Source: Phormidesmis sp.
Lineage (GTDB): Bacteria > Cyanobacteriota > Cyanobacteriia > Leptolyngbyales > Leptolyngbyaceae
DNA length: 64,000 nucleotides
Assembly (NCBI GenBank): GCA_965248535.1
Contig: CBDFJR010000005.1
Coordinates: 832,001 to 896,000 of the forward strand
Direction: 5' to 3'
Shown here: positions 1-9,375 of the stretch, piece by piece
How positions within the stretch are numbered: position 1 is the stretch's first letter
How the letters are laid out: each line of letters begins with the position of its first letter
Notes under the pieces: generated by a model
What the model was told of the DNA's origin: nothing
Databases searched by the model: none
What the model saw: the letters and a program-made list of their open reading frames with translations, nothing else
Translations under genes and position numbers: made by a program

Positions 1-568
1 AGGTGTGACCCGTGGCTCTCAAAAAGGCATCGTTGACATAGACGATCCGCAGGCTCAGTGGGTCGGGGGTCGGCTCTACCTGGGAGATCATCACTATTTC
101 ATTGGCATTCACCACGACTGATTCTAAAAGGCGCAGATATTCTTCTAGCCACTTGCGCTCTGTGATGTCTTTGACGGTGATCAGGGTGCCTGTGGGGTCT
201 CCTTGATTGGTGCAGAGCAGGGTCACGTTGACTTCTGCCCAAAATTTTCTGCCGTCTTTGCGTTTGAGTTGTCCTTCTTGCCAGCCATAGAAGTTTTGGC
301 GGTCTTGCTCAGGCTGCTCGGTGTGAAACTGGAGCCAGCCTTCGATCGCTGAGAAAAATTGGTGGGCAGGTTTGCCGACCATTTCTGCCACTGAGCAGCC
401 TACCAGCTTTGCCATGCGAGAGTTGACATGCAAAACGCAATCGTCTAGATCGGTGATGACGACCCCATCATTGAGATTTTCTACAACGGTGCGAAGCAGC
501 CAATCTGGTTCTTGAAGAGTGGTTAAAAGTGCGGTCACAGGTTGGGTGATGGAGTGATCAATCGCCAT
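1..568 (-). CDS. PAS-domain signalling protein, N-terminal part (runs off the window start)
   Basis: Manual translation from ATG at 568 (RBS GAGGAG upstream): MAIDHSITQP...VVENLNDGVVITDLDDCVLHVNSRMAKLVG...KRKDGRKFWAEVNVT...TVKDITERK, then the start of a second PAS repeat. Not in the ORF track because it is truncated. Confidence 0.85.
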   Translation of the reverse strand, partial: MAIDHSITQPVTALLTTLQEPDWLLRTVVENLNDGVVITDLDDCVLHVNSRMAKLVGCSVAEMVGKPAHQFFSAIEGWLQFHTEQPEQDRQNFYGWQEGQLKRKDGRKFWAEVNVTLLCTNQGDPTGTLITVKDITERKWLEEYLRLLESVVVNANEIVMISQVEPTPDPLSLRIVYVNDAFLRATGHT

Positions 569-806
569 GGTGAACTCCTCTGTGCTCTCTGCTCTGAGAC
601 GCGACTAAATTGAGAGCTTGACTTCTAAAATCTGGTTTATGCAAGGCTTTTAAGAGGGTTATCAATCAGAAAATAATCACAAGCGATCGCGGTCAGAGCC
701 TTCGCTTACAGGACTTGTAGACTCAGTTTGCCCAATTTTTTTAAGAAACTTGGACGTTAGGTAAAGTTTTTTGAGTGGACAAAGTTTTGAATCAGCCGTC
801 AATAAA

Positions 807-1670
807 TCACAGGGTTTTTAGAAACTGAGTGATCACGTCTGCCATCTCAGAGGCGTGATTTTGCGGCAGCGCGTGATCGGCGTTGGGCAGGATGGCGAGT
901 TGAGCACGGGCGATCGCGGTGGCATAGGTTTGACTGTGCCAGAGGGGAATTGTTTCGTCTCGATCGCCTGTCATGACCAAGGTCGGCACTCGCAGCCGAT
1001 GAATTTCAGTTTCTACGGTGTCGATCGCGTCTTCAGGTCGAATGCGATCGACGAGGAACGATCGAGCGGCGGGCTGGGCGTTTAGCTCGCGGCGGGCCCA
1101 GACGATCGTGTCTAATGCCTGGCTGTGGCCTGCTAATTTCACGAGAGGTTTCGCGATCGCGAGGGCCCAATCCACGATCGGGGTTTGCCATAATAAAGGA
1201 CGCAAATGGTCATAGCGCCCCGCAAAACTATCATCTCGAATGCCTGCCGGAGCCGCGAGCAGCAATCCTTTAACAGCATCGGGATACTGCAAGGCATAGG
1301 CCGCGGCGACCCAGCCCCCAAACGAGTGTCCTAAGACATAGCAGGGATCAAGCTGCAACGCTTTGACGACTTGCCGCACAAAGGCAACTTCTTTGGCAAC
1401 GTCATAGCGGATGTGGGGTTTGGCAGACGCTCCGAACCCCAGCAGATCTAAGCTAATGCAGTGAAACTGATCTTTTAGCCGCTCCATCAGGGGGAGCCAG
1501 TTAGTGCTGTTGCCCAAAAACCCGTGCAGCATTAATAGAGGGGTTCCTTGCCCGGCTTCTAGGTAGGCAGCCGATTGAGGCGTGCGATCGAGCGAGTCAA
1601 AGTCTAAATGGATTTGCAGCAAGCGCTGTTGATGAACAGGTGTTTCCACGGGGTGTTGGTCTAACTTCAC
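807..1670 (-). CDS. alpha/beta fold hydrolase
   Basis: LHGF oxyanion motif, DLLGFG, GHSFGG nucleophile elbow, C-terminal Asp and His. Confidence 0.9.
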   Translation of the reverse strand: MKLDQHPVETPVHQQRLLQIHLDFDSLDRTPQSAAYLEAGQGTPLLMLHGFLGNSTNWLPLMERLKDQFHCISLDLLGFGASAKPHIRYDVAKEVAFVRQVVKALQLDPCYVLGHSFGGWVAAAYALQYPDAVKGLLLAAPAGIRDDSFAGRYDHLRPLLWQTPIVDWALAIAKPLVKLAGHSQALDTIVWARRELNAQPAARSFLVDRIRPEDAIDTVETEIHRLRVPTLVMTGDRDETIPLWHSQTYATAIARAQLAILPNADHALPQNHASEMADVITQFLKTL

Positions 1671-1768
1671 TCAATCTTAACTTGACACCCTCACCGGATT
1701 TGAGACAGACGCGATAGCGTGGAGAAGGGGAGTTCTAAAGCCGTGGTTTCCCTGAGAGGTTTTTGATC

Positions 1769-2128
1769 ATGAAGATTCGATATAGTGCCGCGATCGTTGT
1801 CAGCTTATTGGGGATGGGTTGGCTGGGGTCTGCTGCTCAGGCAAACGGAGGGGGAGGGCTGACTTCCTCTCAGCTACAGCGATTTTCGCGGGATTTGGTG
1901 CCGTCGAGTTCGCAAGATTTTTTTAGACAAGGGCAAGAGCAGCGAGAGCAAGAGATTCAGCGGCTCGATCATCCAAGTCTCAATTCCACTGAGCGACTGC
2001 TGAAGGTTGAGCCGCAGATTCAAAGCCGGGACGATCGCGCTCAAACGGTCTGGCAGCAGCGCTCAACTCCCCAAAAAGCAGCCGATATCAAGCCTTCTAG
2101 CCGAGAAGGAAGAAGGGTGTCTCCGTAA
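1769..2128 (+). CDS. hypothetical secreted protein
   Basis: Signal-peptide-like N-terminus ending AQA; SQDFFRQGQEQREQEIQRL segment. Confidence 0.6.
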   Translation: MKIRYSAAIVVSLLGMGWLGSAAQANGGGGLTSSQLQRFSRDLVPSSSQDFFRQGQEQREQEIQRLDHPSLNSTERLLKVEPQIQSRDDRAQTVWQQRSTPQKAADIKPSSREGRRVSP

Positions 2129-2193
2129 GGTCACGCTACAACTAATAATTTCTGATGAATTTGTCCCAAATCATACCTAAGCACGGGTGTTGT

Positions 2194-2236
2194 GTAGTAT
2201 TTTATACTTATAGTGACGGTTCATCGTTGATAAAGT
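2194..2236 (+). promoter_or_regulatory. NtcA-type promoter (GTA-N8-TAC, 23 nt, TAAAGT)
   Basis: GTAgtattttaTAC at 2194-2207 and TAN3T box TAAAGT at 2231-2236, upstream of the Nif11-like gene. Confidence 0.55.
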
Positions 2237-2322
2237 GCCAGTAAAGCGCCCCCTGAAGTTTGAAAAAACTCATTGCACCCACTCAACAGCAAGTACTTAC
2301 GATTACTCAGGAGACTGTGAAG

Positions 2323-2607
2323 ATGTCTGTGGAAAGTGCAACTCGATTTTTGACAGCGGCGGCTCAAGATCAAATTATTCGTGAAAAATTTATGGCGGTG
2401 GCCTCGCCCGAAGAGTTTCTCAAAATCTCTGACCAGTTAGGCTATTGCTTTACGATCGCCGAGCTTGAACAGCTCATCCAAGACTGTAGCCAAGGCGTGA
2501 TGGTCAGACGATCGACCGGGGTTTGGAAGTGGCTGCGGAGCGTTAACTGGCTAGAGCGCTCGAGTCATGCTCTTCATCAAGGGCAGCAGGCGTTTGCCGG
2601 AGCATAA
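2323..2607 (+). CDS. Nif11-like leader peptide family protein
   Basis: MSVESATRFL..D..IREKF...ASPEEFLKISDQLGYCFTIAEL is the Nif11 pattern; RBS CAGGAG before ATG 2323. Confidence 0.8.
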   Translation: MSVESATRFLTAAAQDQIIREKFMAVASPEEFLKISDQLGYCFTIAELEQLIQDCSQGVMVRRSTGVWKWLRSVNWLERSSHALHQGQQAFAGA

Positions 2608-2700
2608 AACGGGGAAGCGATCGGCTGCTCAAACGTCGCGATCTTTGCAGTTTGTAAAGCGCGGCGTTTAGCTGATTGCCTGATTTGCGATGATTGAGGG

Positions 2701-4653
2701 ATGAAATTTTTCTCAACCTTCATCACCGCTATTGTTGCAGTTGTTCTCCTCCCTTCGCTTATGGTTTTTGCTCAAGGGGCCGCGATCGTGCCCAACGAAA
2801 ATTTAGTCGCTGACGGCATTCCTACCATTCCGGCGGTGCTGGCCGAAACGGTCGATCGCTATACGCAGTTCCGATCGGCAAGTTTGTCGAGTTGGCACCC
2901 AACTAAGCGAGAAATGCTGATTTCGACTCGTTTTGCAGACACGCCCCAGGTGCATCGGGTCAAGTTTCCTTTGGGCAGCCGCCAGCAGATGACCTTCTTT
3001 CCTGAACGGGTCAGCGGCGCAACTTACCAGCCGACTCAAGGAAGTTATTTTGTCTTTAGCAAAGACATTGGGGGCAACGAGTTTAGCCAAAATTATCGCT
3101 ATGACTTTGAGACGGGCGACGTGACGCTGTTGACCGACGGCAAATCAAAAAATAGTCGCGGGATCTGGTCTCATCGCGGCGATCGCGTCATCTACACCTC
3201 CACTCGGCGCACGGGGCAGGACACTGACTTCTACAGCATTGATCCCACCCATCCCCAGAGCGATCGCTTGCTGTCTACCGTCGAAGGCGGCGGCTGGGGC
3301 GGGTTGAGTTGGTCGCCCGACGATCGTCAACTGCTGATGCAGGAATATGTATCGGTTAACGAAAGCTATCTTTGGCTGATGGACACGCAATCGGGTCAAA
3401 AAACGCTGATCACGCCCAAAGGGGGAAAGGAAAAGATTGCTTACCAAAGCGGCGTGTTTAGCAAAGACGGCAAAGGTTTGTATGTGATCAGCGATCGTGA
3501 CTCTGAGTTTTCTCGGCTCTCTTATCTTGATCTAGCCACCTCTCAACCCACCTATCTAACCAGCCAAATTGCGTGGGATGTCGAGGATTTTGACCTGTCT
3601 GAAGATGGCAAACACCTTGCCTTTGTCACCAACGAAGCCGGAGCCAGCGTGCTTCATGTCTTAGACACGGCCACCCGCAAAGAGATTTTGCTGCCAAAAT
3701 TGCCTGTAGGACTGGTGTATGGCATCACCTGGCACCGCAATAATCAAGATTTAGGCTTTACGTTGATATCTGCCCGATCGACCGCCGATGTTTATTCTTT
3801 AAATCTGGTGACGAATAAACTCGATCGCTGGACAGAGAGCGAGACAGGAGGCTTGAATACTGCCCGGTTTGCAGAGCCTGAACTGGTGCGATGGAAGAGT
3901 TTTGACCAGCAATCAATTTCTGGATTTCTCTATCGTCCGCCTGCCAAATTTACGGGCAAACGTCCGGTGATGATCGACATTCACGGCGGGCCAGAAGGGC
4001 AATTTCGCCCCGTGTTTTTAGGACGCGCCAACTATTACTTAAACGAGTTGGGTATGGCGATGATCTTTCCCAACGTGCGCGGCTCTACCGGATATGGCAA
4101 AACGTTTCTGACGCTAGACAACGGAGTTTTGCGCGAAGATTCGGTCAAAGACATCGGCGCACTGCTAGATTGGATCGCGACTCAACCCGACCTTGACAAA
4201 GACCGAATTTTAGTCACGGGCGGCAGCTATGGCGGCTATATGTCGCTGGCGGTGGCCACTCACTATAGCGATCGCATCCGAGCCTCGATCGATATTGTCG
4301 GCATCTCTAACTTCGTCACGTTTCTTGAAAAAACCGAAGGCTATCGGCGAGATTTGCGCCGCGTGGAATATGGCGACGAACGCGACCCCAAAATGCGGGA
4401 GTTTTTGCTGAAAATTTCGCCCGTCAACAACGCCGATCGCATCCAAAAACCGCTGTTTGTGATTCACGGCAAAAACGATCCGCGAGTGCCGCTCAACGAA
4501 GCTGAGCAGATCGTCGCCACCGTGCGAAAAAACAAGGTTCCGGTTTGGTATCTCATGGCAAAAGACGAAGGACACGGATTTTCTAAGAAGAAAAACGTTG
4601 ACTTTCAGTTCTATGCCACAGTCACCTACGTCAAAGAAACCCTGCTGAAATGA
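2701..4653 (+). CDS. S9 family (prolyl oligopeptidase/acylaminoacyl) peptidase, secreted
   Basis: Signal peptide, beta-propeller repeats, IHGGPE, GGSYGG, DPRVP, EGHGF. Confidence 0.92.
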   Translation: MKFFSTFITAIVAVVLLPSLMVFAQGAAIVPNENLVADGIPTIPAVLAETVDRYTQFRSASLSSWHPTKREMLISTRFADTPQVHRVKFPLGSRQQMTFFPERVSGATYQPTQGSYFVFSKDIGGNEFSQNYRYDFETGDVTLLTDGKSKNSRGIWSHRGDRVIYTSTRRTGQDTDFYSIDPTHPQSDRLLSTVEGGGWGGLSWSPDDRQLLMQEYVSVNESYLWLMDTQSGQKTLITPKGGKEKIAYQSGVFSKDGKGLYVISDRDSEFSRLSYLDLATSQPTYLTSQIAWDVEDFDLSEDGKHLAFVTNEAGASVLHVLDTATRKEILLPKLPVGLVYGITWHRNNQDLGFTLISARSTADVYSLNLVTNKLDRWTESETGGLNTARFAEPELVRWKSFDQQSISGFLYRPPAKFTGKRPVMIDIHGGPEGQFRPVFLGRANYYLNELGMAMIFPNVRGSTGYGKTFLTLDNGVLREDSVKDIGALLDWIATQPDLDKDRILVTGGSYGGYMSLAVATHYSDRIRASIDIVGISNFVTFLEKTEGYRRDLRRVEYGDERDPKMREFLLKISPVNNADRIQKPLFVIHGKNDPRVPLNEAEQIVATVRKNKVPVWYLMAKDEGHGFSKKKNVDFQFYATVTYVKETLLK

Positions 4654-4943
4654 AGCACCTCAAATCTTGGCTTGAAGCCTGCAATCAGCCGCCAATTGAG
4701 TACGGGCAGAGTCTTGCCGTGTTCCTAGTCTTCGCAAATAGCCGACAATTTTAGATCCGCGATCGCAACTGCCTTAGATTTGAGCAAGATTGTCACCCGG
4801 CCGTCTCAGGCAATGTCATAATGAAATCTGCTTGGTTTCCATCCCGATCGCAGTCCTTGATTTTCATGGGCTAGACGGCGCACCGATGGAACCGTCACCA
4901 CATCAGAGCGTTCTGATTAACACTCAACCCCACGTAGGAAGTT

Positions 4944-5291
4944 ATGTCACAAGGACAGGGATTTGGCTTTGGTCTGGGCAAAATGAAGGAACTAAAAGAA
5001 GCCTTCCAAAAAGCTCAACAAGTTCAAGAAGGAGCAAAGCGCCTTCAAGAAGAACTCGAACAAATGCGAATTGAGGGCGAATCGAGCGGCGGGCTGGTTA
5101 AGGTTGTGCTGAGTGGCAACCAAGAGCCGATCGATGTCACCATCTCTGCCGATGCGATGAAAGAGTCGCCAGAGCTAGTGGCTGATCTCGTGTTAGCAGC
5201 CATGCAAGACGCTTACACTAAATCAACCGCCACCATGCGCGAGCAAATGGAAGAACTGACGGGTGGGCTAAATCTGCCGGGTCTAGGCTAG
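4944..5291 (+). CDS. ybaB: YbaB/EbfC nucleoid-associated protein
   Basis: [46 protein letters not shown] pattern. Confidence 0.9.
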   Translation: MSQGQGFGFGLGKMKELKEAFQKAQQVQEGAKRLQEELEQMRIEGESSGGLVKVVLSGNQEPIDVTISADAMKESPELVADLVLAAMQDAYTKSTATMREQMEELTGGLNLPGLG

Positions 5292-5315
5292 ATCGCTGAC
5301 TTTAGGCTTTTTATT

Positions 5316-5359
5316 AACCGGGCTAACCGATTCATTTAAAATACGGTAGCCCGGTTTTT
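5316..5359 (+). terminator. intrinsic terminator-like hairpin after ybaB
   Basis: AACCGGGCTAACCG...CGGTAGCCCGGTT followed by TTT. Confidence 0.55.
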
Positions 5360-5372
5360 GCATTCAAAAAAG

Positions 5373-5870
5373 ATGACTTATCGATTACTCTTCGTTTGCT
5401 TGGGCAACATTTGTCGATCGCCCTCCGCCGAAAATATTATGAATCACCTCATTCACCAAGCTGGATTAGCGGACAAAATTCAGTGCGACTCGGCAGGCAC
5501 GTCAAGCTATCACATCGGCAGTCAGCCCGATCGCCGCATGACTCTAGCTGCTAACCTGCGAGGCGTTGAGTTAGTAGGTCAGGCCCGCCAGTTTACCAAG
5601 GCTGATTTTGAAGCATTTGACCTAATTTTAGCGATGGATCGCGACAACTATGAGGGAATTTGTGCCCTCGATCGGGCTGGTCGCGATCGTCACAAAGTCC
5701 GGTTGATGTGTGATTTTTGCACCCGCCACTCGCTCAAGCAGGTGCCTGATCCCTACTATGGCGGTGAAGAAGGCTTTAATCAGGTGATTGATCTGCTGTT
5801 TGATGCTTGTGAGGGGCTGCTGGATTGGGTCGTCAAAACAGAAGGACTGACTCGAATTCACAATCTTTGA
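5373..5870 (+). CDS. low molecular weight protein-tyrosine phosphatase
   Basis: VCLGNICRSP P-loop and DPYYG motif. Confidence 0.93.
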   Translation: MTYRLLFVCLGNICRSPSAENIMNHLIHQAGLADKIQCDSAGTSSYHIGSQPDRRMTLAANLRGVELVGQARQFTKADFEAFDLILAMDRDNYEGICALDRAGRDRHKVRLMCDFCTRHSLKQVPDPYYGGEEGFNQVIDLLFDACEGLLDWVVKTEGLTRIHNL

Positions 5871-5900
5871 AGTCAGTGTAATCTTTGAAGTCAGTGTAAT
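5862..5900. repeat. 18-bp tandem duplication spanning two convergent stop codons
   Basis: AATCTTTGAAGTCAGTGT x2 (5862-5879, 5880-5897). Confidence 0.85.
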
Positions 5901-6547
5901 AAATGGTGCTCCATCGCAAACCGAACTAGCTCGGCTCGATTGCTGGTGTCGGTTTTTCTGAGCAGGCTGCTGACGTGTTTTTCAACCGTGCGGGGACTGA
6001 GATGCAGCTTGTCACCAATTTGGCTATTAGAGAGTCCTTCGCTTAAAAAATACAGCACTTCTGTTTCACGATCGGTCAAGTCTACGATCACGGTTGGCGC
6101 ATAGATGATCCCCCTAGCAGCGGAGTCATTGCCCCCAACTGTCTGCACTCGCGATCGCCACTCAGACTCAATCATCTGCGATCGCTCTAGCAAATTGCGA
6201 ACCACTGCGCCTAGCTCAGATAACTCAAACGGCTTGGCCAGATAGACATCGCAGCCCAACTGATAGCCCAAAACTCGCTCTTTAGGGTCAGTGCGCCCAG
6301 TGAGAAACACCACGGGCAACAGGCGCAGTGAGGGTTGCCGCCGCACCTGTCTGACCAGTTCATAGCCATCCATCTGGGGCATCGTGATGTCGGTCACGAT
6401 CAGGTGAGGCTGATAGGTTTCGACCATCCCAAGGGCTTCTTTGCCATTCTCAGCGGCAATCACTGAGTAACCGGAGGCTTCGAGATAGTCGCCAATTGAA
6501 AGGCGTGTGCCGGAATCGTCGTCAGCAACCAAGATCGTCAGGGGCAT
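5891..6547 (-). CDS. NarL/LuxR-family response regulator
   Basis: Receiver (ADDD, DITMP, AKPF) plus LuxR HTH (LTDRETEVL..GLSNSQIG..LSPRTVEKHVS). Confidence 0.93.
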   Translation of the reverse strand: MPLTILVADDDSGTRLSIGDYLEASGYSVIAAENGKEALGMVETYQPHLIVTDITMPQMDGYELVRQVRRQPSLRLLPVVFLTGRTDPKERVLGYQLGCDVYLAKPFELSELGAVVRNLLERSQMIESEWRSRVQTVGGNDSAARGIIYAPTVIVDLTDRETEVLYFLSEGLSNSQIGDKLHLSPRTVEKHVSSLLRKTDTSNRAELVRFAMEHHLLH

Positions 6548-6678
6548 GGAACTACGTCAATTTGCGAACTTAATCACTAGGGTAGGTCAAGTTCACATCA
6601 AAGCGTCGCTCAGATTATCATTTCACAGCTAAAAATTAAGGCTTTCTGGGGGCGCTCTGGCAAGGTTGAGCCATCCGC

Positions 6679-6727
6679 TTGACAGGGGAGGTTAGTACGA
6701 GGATACTAAAAATAGTACTATTATACT
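6679..6727 (+). promoter_or_regulatory. sigma70-type promoter overlapped by two LexA-box-like operators
   Basis: TTGACA 6679-6684, 17 nt, GATACT 6702-6707; AGTACgaggATACT 6694-6707 and AGTACtattATACT 6714-6727. Confidence 0.5.
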
Positions 6728-6764
6728 ATATGATCCTTAAATTCGTCAGCCCCCAGGAGCCAAC

Positions 6765-7718
6765 ATGAGAGAACTGAAATCAGACGATCAGAGTCAACCC
6801 GATCGGGCCGAATCTGACCCTAACTCTTTCTCTTCTACCTTAAAAGCAACGGCGGCTGATCTCGATCGCGTCGAGGCACCGTCTTTAGTCGAGGCACCGC
6901 CCCCAAGCACTCTCGCCCGCAAGCGTCGCGCCACGACCCCAAAAACAGCCGCCAAAATCAAACAGCAGACTCCGCTCAAAGCAAAACAAACGCCATCGAC
7001 CCAAATTAAGTCAATTTGGGAGCCAACTCAGCCCTCGATCGTGGCGCAATTTCAGCACTTAGAGCAAGAGTTGCGACAGCTAAAAACTCAAGCCGATCAG
7101 ATCAATCAACAGTCCATTGAGATCAAATCTGAGATGCAGGCCCTGCGAACGATCGCCCACACTGCCCATCCCCCAACTGCGGCAACGCAGCCGCCCTCAG
7201 CCGCTAGTCAATCGGCCGAACTCAACATTCCACCATTTTTGCTCAATCGTCGCGCCGCTAACCCTGAGCCTGTTGCTGCCGCTTCGGAGGATAGACTAGG
7301 CAGGCAGGCTCCTGCTGACTCACCGATCGAGACTCCTGCCCCCCTCACCTCAGCCCAGTCTTTAGAAACTCCGCCCAGATTCTCAACGGCTCCGCGCCCC
7401 ACAACGGCAGTGACTCCCCGTCGCCGCACCCTCCGCTCTGGTTGGCGGCAACTCCGGCCTTGGCTGCAACTGCCGCAGACGAGAGGCGCGATCGCAGCCG
7501 ATGCCGTGATCTGGACAGCCGCCGCCGCCGGGCTTCGCATTGGGCTAACTCTGTTGACAAAAAGTTTGCCGTTTTTAAGTTTGCCGATCGTGCTCTTGCT
7601 GTTTGTCCCGGCTGTGTTAGCAGGTTATCTGTCCTTCTGCGTGCCTAAATCTAGCCCAGTTTTGATCTACCGCTTGCTGCTGCTGACGCTGGGGCTATTG
7701 CTCGGAGGAAAACTATGA
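6765..7718 (+). CDS. hypothetical protein (disordered/coiled-coil N-part, C-terminal membrane helices)
   Basis: RBS AGGAG; coiled coil around residues 95-130; hydrophobic C-terminus; ATGA overlap with the next gene. Confidence 0.7.
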   Translation: MRELKSDDQSQPDRAESDPNSFSSTLKATAADLDRVEAPSLVEAPPPSTLARKRRATTPKTAAKIKQQTPLKAKQTPSTQIKSIWEPTQPSIVAQFQHLEQELRQLKTQADQINQQSIEIKSEMQALRTIAHTAHPPTAATQPPSAASQSAELNIPPFLLNRRAANPEPVAAASEDRLGRQAPADSPIETPAPLTSAQSLETPPRFSTAPRPTTAVTPRRRTLRSGWRQLRPWLQLPQTRGAIAADAVIWTAAAAGLRIGLTLLTKSLPFLSLPIVLLLFVPAVLAGYLSFCVPKSSPVLIYRLLLLTLGLLLGGKL

Positions 7719-8098
7719 GGCTCTCTAGACCCTTTAACCCTAAGCACCTGCTGGCAGGAGCCGCCGCACTGCTGGCATTAGGGCTGTTTGTTGACCTGCG
7801 AAGCTTTCCATCGTGGGGCACAAAATCGGGTGCCGATCTCTGCCCATCAAGCGCATCTTCCCAGGGCAAACTGACCGAGCAACAGGTGGCTAAACTGTTG
7901 ACCGTGGCAGAAGGCGATCAAAAAACCAAAATTCGGGAAATTGCACGGGAGCCTGCTTGCAAATTGCCAAGTTTGCAGGTGCGAGCCGGATCGATCGCTG
8001 AACGAGAAGTCTATGGGCTAAAATTTGACCCACAAACGTGGATTGTGGTTCTCTATGAAGGTGATCAGTATGCAGGCTATAAATTCCGGCTGCGCTAG
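7715..8098 (+). CDS. hypothetical membrane-anchored protein
   Basis: N-terminal hydrophobic helix; C-terminal AEREVY.LKFDPQTWIVVLYEGDQYAGY motif. Confidence 0.75.
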   Translation: MRLSRPFNPKHLLAGAAALLALGLFVDLRSFPSWGTKSGADLCPSSASSQGKLTEQQVAKLLTVAEGDQKTKIREIAREPACKLPSLQVRAGSIAEREVYGLKFDPQTWIVVLYEGDQYAGYKFRLR

Positions 8099-8552
8099 GG
8101 CAAGACTGCTACTCTTCGGCACATCGCTGATTTGGACATCGCTTTTTTTAAGTAGCTGCGCGTCTCAACCCGCTGATCCACCCCCGATCGACCTCCAGCT
8201 ATTTCAAAAATGGCAACTGCAACCCGGAGATACGATCGCGGGCTACACCGTCTTGGGCGGGTTGGGAGATATCTCGATCGCGCTCAGGGGCAGTCCGGCC
8301 TATGCCCCTTTTGATGGTGAAGCGCAGATAGACAAGCGTGGCTGTGTTTTCTTTTCGACCGCAGAAATTCCGGCTTACAAATTTCGGTTTTGTGGGCTAA
8401 ACGCGCCCCACCTCGGACAACTGAGACAAGGCGAGACGATCGGCAAAGGTGACACGATGCAGTTTGCCGCGCTTCGCAAACAGCCAGACGGCACTTGGGC
8501 GATCGTAGAACCTGCCAAAGGCATTTTAGAACGGACGCTCAAACCCTCGTGA
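8070..8552 (+). CDS. hypothetical lipoprotein
   Basis: Lipobox LSSC; start uncertain (ORF open from 8025). Confidence 0.7.
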   Translation: MQAINSGCARARLLLFGTSLIWTSLFLSSCASQPADPPPIDLQLFQKWQLQPGDTIAGYTVLGGLGDISIALRGSPAYAPFDGEAQIDKRGCVFFSTAEIPAYKFRFCGLNAPHLGQLRQGETIGKGDTMQFAALRKQPDGTWAIVEPAKGILERTLKPS

Positions 8553-8563
8553 CCTGGGTAGAG

Positions 8564-9367
8564 TTAAAACTCGCGAATAGAGAAAATTAGCGACGCGATC
8601 GTCAGCACGAGAATGATGTAAATCAGCGCATACAGCCCGTTTCCCAGCAGCACTTCAGAGCTGGGAATTAGATGATAAGCTGCCTGATTTTTGAGATCTA
8701 GCCGAGCCAGATCGGGCAGCACGAAATAAAGCCCCTGCGTGACTGACTCGATCGCCGGATTTTTTGTCAACTTGCCCAGCGTCACCAGATCGCGACTAAG
8801 TTGACCCATGAGATAAACTGCAACCGTAAACAAGATCGCTAGCAGAGAGCTTGTAAACACCCCAAACCCAATGGCCACGGCTGTGATCAGCGATAGCTGC
8901 AAAAACAAAAAGCTCGAAGAAATCACGATATCGCGCCCTGAAAAAGGCACTTGATAGACCGACAGCACCCCCAGCGCGATCGCGGTCATCGCGACCACCA
9001 GCACCGCCAACACCGCCGATAGCCCCCAGTGTTTACCCACGATAAACTCGGTGCGGCTGACGGGTTTAGCAATCAAGACAAAAACGGTGCGTTTTTCGAT
9101 CTCTTTGTTGACCAACCCTGTGCCCACAAAGACGGCGATCAGCAAGCCTAGAACGCTCATGGCTGCCAAGCTCAGATCCAGCAAGATTTTTTTCTCAGTG
9201 GTGGCGGCGATTTCGGGCAACAGCCGCCCGGCCAGAATCAATGCCAACCCATAGAAGCCGATCAGATAGAGAATGCGATCGCGAATCACTTCTCTAAAAA
9301 CATTCATCGCGATCGTCACCACTCTACTCAGGGTGCCGCCCACGCTAACAACAGTCTGCTGATTCAT
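8564..9367 (-). CDS. fraE: FraE-like ABC-2 type permease
   Basis: NVFREVIRDRILY, KEIEKRT...KPVSR.EFI.GK motifs; third gene of the fraC-fraD operon. Confidence 0.8.
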   Translation of the reverse strand: MNQQTVVSVGGTLSRVVTIAMNVFREVIRDRILYLIGFYGLALILAGRLLPEIAATTEKKILLDLSLAAMSVLGLLIAVFVGTGLVNKEIEKRTVFVLIAKPVSRTEFIVGKHWGLSAVLAVLVVAMTAIALGVLSVYQVPFSGRDIVISSSFLFLQLSLITAVAIGFGVFTSSLLAILFTVAVYLMGQLSRDLVTLGKLTKNPAIESVTQGLYFVLPDLARLDLKNQAAYHLIPSSEVLLGNGLYALIYIILVLTIASLIFSIREF

Positions 9368-9375
9368 AAAAATCC

